Shown piece by piece: positions 56,477-64,000 of a stretch of 64,000 nt of DNA. Made by a program: the position numbers and the translations under genes. Location: IMG/VR virus record IMGVR_UViG_3300007770_001284, positions 62,001 through 126,000 of that record. One strand, written 5' to 3'. How positions within the stretch are numbered: position 1 is the stretch's first letter; each line of letters opens with the position of its first letter. The notes under the pieces were generated by a model, which made no database searches, had not been told where the DNA came from, and was given only the letters and a program-made list of their open reading frames with translations.

Positions 56477-59233
56477 ATGCCCCAAAAAACAAAAATGAGA
56501 TTGCTCCAGCTCTCTGGTGGACTCGCAAGCAACAATGCTGCTGCTTTTGAATTCGTCGATGGTTCTGGCGCATCTGATCAATCATATTTAAGATTTGATA
56601 CGGTATCAGGTCAATCAGAGTTTGGTGCTCCTGTCGTTATCGGTACCGATGGTGCCACTGCCGGTGATATCAAGCTCACCACAGACAATAACGGTGAGAT
56701 CATCTGGGAAGGCTCTTCCGCTGATGGTAACGAGAATAAGCTGCGCGCTGAAGACGGTGCTGGCGTAAACACGTTACCTGCATCGACAGGTACTATCCTG
56801 ACAACCGCCACCGCTGTTACAGTGGAACAAGGTGGTACAGGAGCAACATCGCTAACAGACGGTGGTATCCTACTTGGTAACGGCTCTGGCGCTATTCAGG
56901 CGATGAACGTTCTTTCCGATGGTGAGATGCTTGTTGGTGACGGTACGACTGACCCCGCCGTTGAAAGCGGAGCAACACTTCGCACAAGCATTGGTGTTGG
57001 TACTGGTGACAGTCCACAATTTACAGGTATTGAACTTGGTCATGCATCTGACACTACACTTACAAGGCAAGGTTCTGGCGATGTTAACATTGAAGGAAAC
57101 ATCATCTACCGTGCTGGTGGAACAGACGTTGCGATTGCTGATGGTGGAACCGGTGCTTCAACTGCCGCTGCTGCTGCAAGCGCTTTGGGTGTTGGAACTG
57201 AGGATAGCCCACAGTTTACTGGCTTGAATCTCGAGTCTTCTACCTCCAACTTGCCGCTGGCGATCCTGAAAAACACCAACTCCGACGCCTTAGGTGCTCG
57301 TCTTCGGTTTGTTAAAGATAAGGGCGCCGCAGGTGCTGATGGCGATGATGTTGGTAGCATTGAGTGGCTCGGTGATGATGCTGGTCAAAACGCGACCGCG
57401 TTTGGAAAAATTCTGGTAGAGGTCTCTGAGTCTGATGATACTGACGAAGCAGGTAAAATGTCATTGTTCGTCGCAGAAAGTAACGGGACAACGACAACTC
57501 TTACTGCTGGTCTGATACTAGAGGGTGAGCACGCAACAGATGGCCAGGTTGATGTAACAATCGGCGCTGGTTCTGCGTCTACAACGACAATTGTGGGCGA
57601 GGCAATTATTGCTGGTGATCTAACTGTTCAGGGAACGACAACTACAGTCAACCAGACGATTATCGAGAGTACAGTAGATGTCCTCGTGTTCGAAGGTGCT
57701 ACTGCCAATGCCCACGAGACTACGCTTAAGGTTGTTGAACCAACTGCTGATTGTTCTTTCGCATTGCCAACGCTGACTGCGGGTAACTACTTCATTCCAG
57801 CAATCACTGATACAGCTACTGATGCGTCTACGGCTGTTACTGCTGCGGAGTTTGCACTCCTCGACGGTGACTCAAATGTTGCAACTGTTACTGTTGCCGA
57901 CAACGACGGTGTGCTCTTCAACGACGCCGGCACAATGAAGCAGGTCACGGTACAGTCTCTTGCTGCATACTATGATGATGAGATAACAGCTATGCCAAAC
58001 CTTGTTACAATCGGTAAGGCTGCTGCTACAACAGATATCGCAGCTGGTGACCTCACCATGTACAATGCTGTAAACGATGGTAACCCCACAATCAGAGTAG
58101 GTAAAGATGCTGCTGACAGCCTCGGTATCGCAGTGAGCTACGCGTCAGGTGCTCAGACCCTTGAAAAGGTCGAGTTCTCCACCGCGTCGTCCACAGGTAA
58201 TGCTGACGACGGTAAATTTGTCTTTGATGTTGATGGGACAGATATTCTGTCCATCGGTGACGCAGGCGTCAGCATATCAGCAAGCATGGCTTACGCGGTA
58301 GCTGGCACTGCGATTCTGTCCGACAGTGGCGGCACAATGACGCTGTCAAATGTTGATGCTATTGACGCAACAACTGAAAGCACTATTGAAGCTGCGATTG
58401 ATTCCCTCGTTGAACTTACTACAATCGGTAAGGCTGCTGCTACAACCAACATTGCCGCTGGCGATGTTACGATGTACAATGCTGTAAATGATGGTAATCC
58501 TTCGATCAGAGTAGGTAAAGATGCTGCTGACAGCCTTGGCATAACAGTGAGCTACGCGTCAGGTGCTCAGACCCTTGAAAAGGTCGAGTTTGCCACCGCG
58601 TCGTCCACAGCTAATGCTGACGACGGTAGGTTCATCTTCGATGTCGACGGTACTGATATAGTCACAATCGGTGATGCTGGGCTAGAGCTCAAGGACGACG
58701 CCACGATTGGGAGCCTCTCGGACCATGACTTGTTAACTCTTGGGAATGCCATTCTCACTGTTGCGGGTGAAGTATCTATGACTACGCTCGATATCGGCGG
58801 GACAAACGTGACTGCAACCGCTACAGAGCTTAGTTTGCTGGACGGTGATGTTGGCAATGACGCTTCGATAACGATTGCCGACACTGATGGAATCCTTGTC
58901 GACGACGGCGGGGCAATGAAGAAGGTACCTGCTAGCGATCTTAAGACTTTCATCGGTTCCGGTCAAACCACAAAAGGCTACACCGAAGTCGGTACGGCCG
59001 TTGCTGCCGACGCTAACGTGTCTGTGCCTACGATCAATGCAGCCTCTTGGGGACAAGCTGATATATCCGCCGCTACTGATAGAGAGATATACCTGAACGG
59101 TCAGCTCTTGATGCCTGGAGCTTCTGCTGCATCAAACAAGGACTGGTATAACGAGGGTACAACTAATGGCATCGTCCGATTCGAGTTTGGTCTTGAAGTC
59201 GGTGATGTTTTGACATTCGTTCTTAGATCTTAA
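56477..59233 (+). CDS. Tail/head fibre-like protein (918 aa) with internal duplications
   Basis: GGTGA repeats, GDLTVQGTTTTVN fibre motif and a C-terminal YLNGQLL...GDVLTF domain. Confidence 0.7.
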   Translation: MPQKTKMRLLQLSGGLASNNAAAFEFVDGSGASDQSYLRFDTVSGQSEFGAPVVIGTDGATAGDIKLTTDNNGEIIWEGSSADGNENKLRAEDGAGVNTLPASTGTILTTATAVTVEQGGTGATSLTDGGILLGNGSGAIQAMNVLSDGEMLVGDGTTDPAVESGATLRTSIGVGTGDSPQFTGIELGHASDTTLTRQGSGDVNIEGNIIYRAGGTDVAIADGGTGASTAAAAASALGVGTEDSPQFTGLNLESSTSNLPLAILKNTNSDALGARLRFVKDKGAAGADGDDVGSIEWLGDDAGQNATAFGKILVEVSESDDTDEAGKMSLFVAESNGTTTTLTAGLILEGEHATDGQVDVTIGAGSASTTTIVGEAIIAGDLTVQGTTTTVNQTIIESTVDVLVFEGATANAHETTLKVVEPTADCSFALPTLTAGNYFIPAITDTATDASTAVTAAEFALLDGDSNVATVTVADNDGVLFNDAGTMKQVTVQSLAAYYDDEITAMPNLVTIGKAAATTDIAAGDLTMYNAVNDGNPTIRVGKDAADSLGIAVSYASGAQTLEKVEFSTASSTGNADDGKFVFDVDGTDILSIGDAGVSISASMAYAVAGTAILSDSGGTMTLSNVDAIDATTESTIEAAIDSLVELTTIGKAAATTNIAAGDVTMYNAVNDGNPSIRVGKDAADSLGITVSYASGAQTLEKVEFATASSTANADDGRFIFDVDGTDIVTIGDAGLELKDDATIGSLSDHDLLTLGNAILTVAGEVSMTTLDIGGTNVTATATELSLLDGDVGNDASITIADTDGILVDDGGAMKKVPASDLKTFIGSGQTTKGYTEVGTAVAADANVSVPTINAASWGQADISAATDREIYLNGQLLMPGASAASNKDWYNEGTTNGIVRFEFGLEVGDVLTFVLRS
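58006..58680 (+). repeat. Intragenic direct repeat, ~260-bp units with a 414-bp period
   Basis: acaatcggtaaggctgctgctacaac at 58007 and 58421; 46-bp identical block at 58131-58176 and 58545-58590. Confidence 0.92.
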
Positions 59234-59262
59234 GAAACAAGCTGAAATCAGCTTTTATGTCT

Positions 59263-59297
59263 GGGGGGACCTTTCGAGGTCCCCCCTTTTTATTTTT
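59263..59297 (+). terminator. Rho-independent terminator
   Basis: Perfect 10-bp stem ggggggacct-TTCG-aggtcccccc followed by tttttattttt. Confidence 0.95.
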
Positions 59298-59315
59298 ACC
59301 CTTCGAACATTAAGT

Positions 59316-59335
59316 TATAATATTCCACTGGGAGG
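59316..59335 (+). promoter_or_regulatory. Sigma70-like -10 (TATAAT) and SD (GGAGG) for the 59342 gene
   Basis: TATAAT at 59316-59321 just after the terminator; GGAGG at 59331-59335. Confidence 0.5.
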
Positions 59336-59341
59336 TAATTT

Positions 59342-59863
59342 ATGGAAGATGATTTCGCCGCCGTGATCAAGGGAAAATTGGTTGATGTTCAAGAAAGAAT
59401 AAAAAATCAAAATACTAAAGTACTGAATCCACAGTATCACTCTCGAAGGCTAACAGAGGTGCTACAGGAGGCAGTAGAAAATATTGACGTTAATGATGGA
59501 GAGCAGAAGGTTGTTGAGCAGCTTGTAGCAATTCTGAACAGAGCTCCCGGGTATGTTGCAGGTGGGTTCACAGACGCGTTACAGCAAGTAGCTTATTTAA
59601 AGCAAGAATTAGGTGTGTGGGTTTCCGTTAATACAGAGTGGCAAAATTTTGAATCTCGTATTCTGGAAGACAAGAATAGAAAAGAAGAATTGAAAGCAGC
59701 AATTGCTTCTGGTGCGATTGAAGAACGAAGTAGCAGCACTAAGCGAGAAGTCGGTGCACACCCAGGTCCGACTACAGCCGTGATTCGAGAAGCGAAAGCT
59801 GAGATAAAAGCTGAGCTTGAGGAGGCAGAGCGAAAAGCTGAGCTTGAGGAATCTGGTAGCTAA
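59342..59863 (+). CDS. Hypothetical coiled-coil protein
   Basis: Strong SD; helical and E/K-rich; C-terminal KAELEE duplicated. Confidence 0.7.
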   Translation: MEDDFAAVIKGKLVDVQERIKNQNTKVLNPQYHSRRLTEVLQEAVENIDVNDGEQKVVEQLVAILNRAPGYVAGGFTDALQQVAYLKQELGVWVSVNTEWQNFESRILEDKNRKEELKAAIASGAIEERSSSTKREVGAHPGPTTAVIREAKAEIKAELEEAERKAELEESGS

Positions 59864-59869
59864 TACTTA
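59863..59869 (+). promoter_or_regulatory. Candidate late promoter ATACTTA
   Basis: Member of the ATANTTA set; ends 5 nt before ATG 59875. Confidence 0.45.
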
Positions 59870-59874
59870 GATGC

Positions 59875-60822
59875 ATGGCTGGAATTTTAAATCCCAAAAC
59901 AAGATTTATGGATACGTTCCTGACGCAGGTCGGACGGAGTCAGTCAGCGCATTGGGAATTACGTTTTTCCTTCGCAACTTTTTCTGATTACGCAACCTTT
60001 TACGAGGCTGATGGTACCGACCCAAAACGTGCCACCGACACTACAAACCGTATATTCTTTGAAGCTCACAATAGGCCACAAGACCAAGTAATTCCAGAAT
60101 TCGATGATGATGGTCAAATATCATTTCCCGCTGGAGATTTTGAGCTAACAAACGGTTCGATGCTTGTACTTTCCGGGGCTTCTGGAGGAACAGCATTTTT
60201 GGCTGGCGACACGTTAGTCTCTAGTGCTAGTACCGCGTTTACAGACTGTGTTGATTCGCTGAAGGATATGCAGCCCCTTCGATCGAGTGATCCCCTCGAC
60301 GAAAATGATGATTTTAAAGTTAGCACATATTCTCACACATTTTTTGTAACTTGTAATCTACCTATTCCATCTACAAAACCTCGTAGAATATCTCTACAAA
60401 ATGCCGAAAGCTTATGGCAAGACAAGAAATTAACCCACATACCGAATTTCCAATTTATGTCACCAGTAAACAAGACATCGGGTGCTGTATTAAGAGACTA
60501 TCCAAAACTTCAACAACCCGCTCCATTAAATTACCAAGATCTTATGGTTTCACTTGGGGCAAACGATCCCAGCGGTGAAACCGGTGTAGGCGCCCCTTTG
60601 AGCGTTACATTTCCGGAGACTTCAAAAGACAATAATTTAGTGTGCCAGGTCTTTGAAGTTTGTAGCGGCAGCGTAAATAAGCTTAGGGTTATAGATTTCG
60701 GTGAGTTCGAAGATGAAGACCCATTCAGCCCAGGAAAGCATGTATTTTTTGTCGGCAAGCTATTTAATGATGACGCGGGCGAAGATACTTTTATAAATCT
60801 GTTTACCGTTGTATTTGATTGA
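59875..60822 (+). CDS. Virion structural protein (baseplate/tail-associated)
   Basis: N-terminal D..LT..GR.......F....F.D pattern reminiscent of tail-fibre/baseplate attachment domains. Confidence 0.5.
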   Translation: MAGILNPKTRFMDTFLTQVGRSQSAHWELRFSFATFSDYATFYEADGTDPKRATDTTNRIFFEAHNRPQDQVIPEFDDDGQISFPAGDFELTNGSMLVLSGASGGTAFLAGDTLVSSASTAFTDCVDSLKDMQPLRSSDPLDENDDFKVSTYSHTFFVTCNLPIPSTKPRRISLQNAESLWQDKKLTHIPNFQFMSPVNKTSGAVLRDYPKLQQPAPLNYQDLMVSLGANDPSGETGVGAPLSVTFPETSKDNNLVCQVFEVCSGSVNKLRVIDFGEFEDEDPFSPGKHVFFVGKLFNDDAGEDTFINLFTVVFD

Positions 60823-60830
60823 GTTGATAG

Positions 60831-63287
60831 ATGCTATTTAAACCGCAAATTTCACCCGACGTAGTGACGATACCTAGCCAGTACGCAAAGTTGCTTCGTG
60901 TGTATGGAGAACCTGGTTCTAGATCGTTCATATATCGATTTACTTTTTCTATCGATATTACCCAAGCCGTGAGGTCTGATGCGTTATTTTTAGAAGTACG
61001 ACTCCTCGCGAAAAAACCAGAAAAATCGAAGGTAAAACCAGCTGCTGTTTCTACAAAGTCTTTTAAAAAATCTACAAAGAGGCTAGAAAAAGCTGCTCAG
61101 AAAAAGGTAAAGACAAGAAAGGCTCAGCAGTTTGCCTATCTAAAGACAGAAATAACAGACGCTATACCAAACGAAAATGCAAGGTGGATTGCATCAGGAA
61201 GGCTAGCTTACCGTCGGCCTGTTAAGAGAAAGACTGTTCCAATTTTAAATTCAGAATTATATACTCTACCTTTATCAGGTAGTTTGCCTCGTCGAAAGCG
61301 GGTGAGCTTACAGAAAGTGTCAAATGCTTTTGTTTCTACGAGACGTGACCCCGCACAAATTGTCAGCTCTAGAAGAAAAAGTCGCTTTAAAAAATCAAGG
61401 CCAGATGCGCTTTCATTTTTAGGACCATCTGACGCGATGCTAGCTCAGAAAGTTATGTTTCGTGAAACAAAGAAAGAGGTTGTTCCAAAAATATTTACTG
61501 TGTTTTTAAGAAATGCGAAATTAAAGCGTATGGTAAGGCTTTCTGAAAAGCGCTTAAAGAGCAGGTCAACATTTTATCTTCATGCAACATTACGATCAAG
61601 CAAGGGTGTTGTTGTCGGCGAAGCAGGTGTTGTGGTCTCCCACGCGAAAATCTTAAATGATTTTTTGACGCCAACAAAGCCTCCAGCACTATCTGTTTCT
61701 CAATTGGGCATTGGTGAATTATCGGTGGGGGTGACGCAGTTAGACTCTAAGGCGTCAAGAGTCAAATTATTTCGTCGATTGGCTCCAACAGATAATTCTG
61801 CTGGAACAGGTTGGGTATCAATATTAGACACAGACCTTGATGTTGGCGATGGAGAAATTCGTTTTCGTGACAAGGTTGCAACTGCAAGTCCTGTCATGTA
61901 TAGAGCAACGGCTGTTGGCGCTAATTCTCGTCCCACTGAAGAGTTTTCGTCTACAGTGATAACACCTCGTCAGGAGGTCAAGCTGGACTATTCTGGGAAA
62001 GGGACAGCGACAGCAAAGCTCGAATCGAACGTAATAACAACTACAGTGACAGATTTCCCCAAGAATGCAATCTCAGTGGCATTAAGAAGATATAATCTTA
62101 CGAATAATTCATATTCTAAAAAGCAAGCACAGACAGGGAGCGGATTCACGCTTGTGGGATCAGGTTCAGTAGATGACCAGATTCAATCCGTGACGTCTGA
62201 GGATGATGTAGTGAGTTTCCGTGATAAGCCTCTTCCAGGATCAATGTACAAGTACGTTCCACTGACCTATACACTTTATGGGAAAGAAGTGCTTGGAAAA
62301 GCCGCCATTATAGATTTTATTGAATCGCAAGAAGATAACAAGAAAGTTGATATGAAAGTTGGTTCAGCAACGCTGACGTCGACTCAAAATAGTAAATCAG
62401 TGAGTTTTTCTATTGCTGGAAGCTTTACTGAATTTGGATTTGAGGAAATTGAGGCAACATTATCTGATGCAAATCAAGCAGGCCTGTTTGGCGGTGATGT
62501 TTCTTCGAACCGTGATAAATTCTCTTCTTTAATTGTATTTCTTGTAGAAAGAGAAAATTTTAAAACTGGGGAGGTTGAGTCATTTGGGTCCCAAGAGGCT
62601 GGAACATTTACAGATTCACAAGCACTCCAGCAAGAAAAGAATGTCAAACCTCTTGCTGCTGGAACTAGATACGCCTATAAAGTAACAGCGTGCATTCGAC
62701 CAGCCGATACTTTGTTTCCTGATTTGGTAACAACAGAAATAGACCAGACAACGCTGCTCTCTTTTTCCAGATCCGTTCAAAAATTTAGGGGGCCAATGCA
62801 ATTACGAAAGAGTACACTGGCATCAACAGCTCGCCAGCTTGATGCCAACGCGCCGTCTGCGTTAGAACCGATTGATCCTTTTCTTGCGGGCAAAACCGCC
62901 GTTCAAGTAACAACTGAAATAGCAGTTCCAAACTCAATAACGAAGGGCTCTTCCGCCACTGTCGAGAAGCGGATGGACAATAATCTTATAAAGTGGTCAT
63001 ATATTGGCGATATGGCAAGATTAGATCACTTCCAGGTATTCCTTACATCGGCCGGCGGTTTTGAATTGCTAGGAACGGTCCATGCCGATTCTTCTTCAAT
63101 GAATTTTTCATATCGTCACTTCATAAACCGGGAAATACCATATAATTCCAGCTATGCTTACGAGATTAGACCAATTAATATTTCTTTCAAGGAATTATCA
63201 TCTTTGAGAACTACACTCATACCAGCGAATCCTATGGCGGGTTTAACGACTAAAGAACTTCGTAATGTTAGGATTATACAAAGATAA
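60831..63287 (+). CDS. Putative structural protein with a basic N-terminal part and FN3/Ig-like repeats
   Basis: K/R-rich first ~250 aa; FRD...YRA, FRD...YKY, FTD...YAYKV and YAYEI strand motifs. Confidence 0.55.
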   Translation: MLFKPQISPDVVTIPSQYAKLLRVYGEPGSRSFIYRFTFSIDITQAVRSDALFLEVRLLAKKPEKSKVKPAAVSTKSFKKSTKRLEKAAQKKVKTRKAQQFAYLKTEITDAIPNENARWIASGRLAYRRPVKRKTVPILNSELYTLPLSGSLPRRKRVSLQKVSNAFVSTRRDPAQIVSSRRKSRFKKSRPDALSFLGPSDAMLAQKVMFRETKKEVVPKIFTVFLRNAKLKRMVRLSEKRLKSRSTFYLHATLRSSKGVVVGEAGVVVSHAKILNDFLTPTKPPALSVSQLGIGELSVGVTQLDSKASRVKLFRRLAPTDNSAGTGWVSILDTDLDVGDGEIRFRDKVATASPVMYRATAVGANSRPTEEFSSTVITPRQEVKLDYSGKGTATAKLESNVITTTVTDFPKNAISVALRRYNLTNNSYSKKQAQTGSGFTLVGSGSVDDQIQSVTSEDDVVSFRDKPLPGSMYKYVPLTYTLYGKEVLGKAAIIDFIESQEDNKKVDMKVGSATLTSTQNSKSVSFSIAGSFTEFGFEEIEATLSDANQAGLFGGDVSSNRDKFSSLIVFLVERENFKTGEVESFGSQEAGTFTDSQALQQEKNVKPLAAGTRYAYKVTACIRPADTLFPDLVTTEIDQTTLLSFSRSVQKFRGPMQLRKSTLASTARQLDANAPSALEPIDPFLAGKTAVQVTTEIAVPNSITKGSSATVEKRMDNNLIKWSYIGDMARLDHFQVFLTSAGGFELLGTVHADSSSMNFSYRHFINREIPYNSSYAYEIRPINISFKELSSLRTTLIPANPMAGLTTKELRNVRIIQR

Positions 63288-64000
63288 TGGGAAGCCTACT
63301 AGACAACGCTAATCTGTCGCCGCTAACGAGCGTTGACCAAGATGATATAATCAGCTTATCAGAGTTATTATTGGGCGAAGAAAAAATAGAGACTACGATA
63401 ATAAAAAGAGCTGCATCTGTTGAGCCTACAAAAAAGACAAAATCAGGCCGTGCTGCAAGGCTATCTAAGACAAAAAGTTCATCGACAAGTACCAGGGGGA
63501 AAACAGCGGCTCCTATCCAAAGTGCTGAACAACATAGAATAGAGAAAAAAAACCAGCAAGCCGAACGTCAGAGGCTAGAAGCGTATCAATTACAGCAAGG
63601 AAAGAAGAAAAGTGGTACGCCCTCCGCCCCCAGAACTATTGGGTCTAAGAAAAGCTCTACTGCATTATTGACAGAGACTAGAGATAATTCGCTTGTAATC
63701 AATACTACGCTTCGCCCTGTCGTGCTGGGAATGATGGATTTTTTGCCGACGCTTGATCCAACAGGGACAAAAGCAACGTCAGTGGGAAATATTCTAAAAA
63801 TTAATAGAGCAATCAAGGTATTAAATATCGAAAATCTCCCGGAAGGCATTGACATATCTTTGCAAGAAGCCCTGAATCTAGAGTATTTAGAGACATATTC
63901 CCAATACATCAGCCAGCGTGCAGCTTTCTTAAAAAGTTTGGATGCTTCAAATTTTAGTATTTTAGATGACGTAGTTAGTTTTCTTTCTTTAGCTAATGAG
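63287..64000 (+). CDS. Hypothetical protein, 3'-truncated by the window edge (not in the ORF track)
   Basis: ATG overlaps the upstream TAA (TAATG); MGSLLDNANLSPL... is open for 238 codons to the end of the window. Confidence 0.75.
   Translation, partial: MGSLLDNANLSPLTSVDQDDIISLSELLLGEEKIETTIIKRAASVEPTKKTKSGRAARLSKTKSSSTSTRGKTAAPIQSAEQHRIEKKNQQAERQRLEAYQLQQGKKKSGTPSAPRTIGSKKSSTALLTETRDNSLVINTTLRPVVLGMMDFLPTLDPTGTKATSVGNILKINRAIKVLNIENLPEGIDISLQEALNLEYLETYSQYISQRAAFLKSLDASNFSILDDVVSFLSLANE

Noticed and set aside
58006-58680. Diversity-generating retroelement TR/VR pair
   Set aside because: Mismatches are not adenine-specific, both copies are in frame in one gene, and no reverse transcriptase is in the window.
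1-64000. All minus-strand ORFs and short nested plus-strand ORFs in the track
   Set aside because: They are shadows of long, motif-bearing + strand genes that tile the window, and they show no recognisable motifs.
1-64000. Stop-codon recoding, as in some jumbo phages
   Set aside because: TAG, TGA and TAA all end full-length conserved genes at the expected positions, and coding density is already very high.
1-64000. tRNA/rRNA genes or IS elements
   Set aside because: Intergenic gaps are at most ~130 nt with no cloverleaf, and no transposase or integrase motifs were seen.

Overview
This window looks like part of a large contractile-tailed (jumbo-type) bacteriophage genome. It is densely packed, every credible gene is on the + strand, and the genetic code is standard. 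1-23.9 kb: an uninterrupted cassette of about 30 glycan biosynthesis and decoration genes that begins upstream of the window. It includes GT7C x2, GT11 fucosyltransferase, GT2, a GT9-like GT, GDP-fucose enzymes (gmd, fcl), ADP-heptose enzymes (HldA/HldC/HldD-type), a split transketolase, an RmlB-like dehydratase, an NDP-sugar dehydrogenase, methyltransferases, two sulfotransferases, a CapK-like ligase, a HisC-like PLP enzyme and a nucleotidyltransferase/HAD/GDPD trio. No flippase, polymerase or priming transferase is visible. 23.9-28.7 kb: a Cas4/RecB-like Fe-S nuclease, two GT-B (GT4-like) glycosyltransferases and a gp55-like late sigma factor. 28.7-64 kb: a baseplate/tail module (gp5-, gp25-, gp6- and gp7-like) followed by very large LamG and repeat-rich virion proteins. 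The lead hypothesis is a phage-encoded cytoplasmic virion glycosylation system whose acceptor may be an [S/T]-G-S tripeptide enriched in a subset of structural proteins. Other signals are a candidate late promoter ATANTTA, a structured U-rich leader and a shared fibre repeat family. All functional calls come from motif recognition only; no searches were run.
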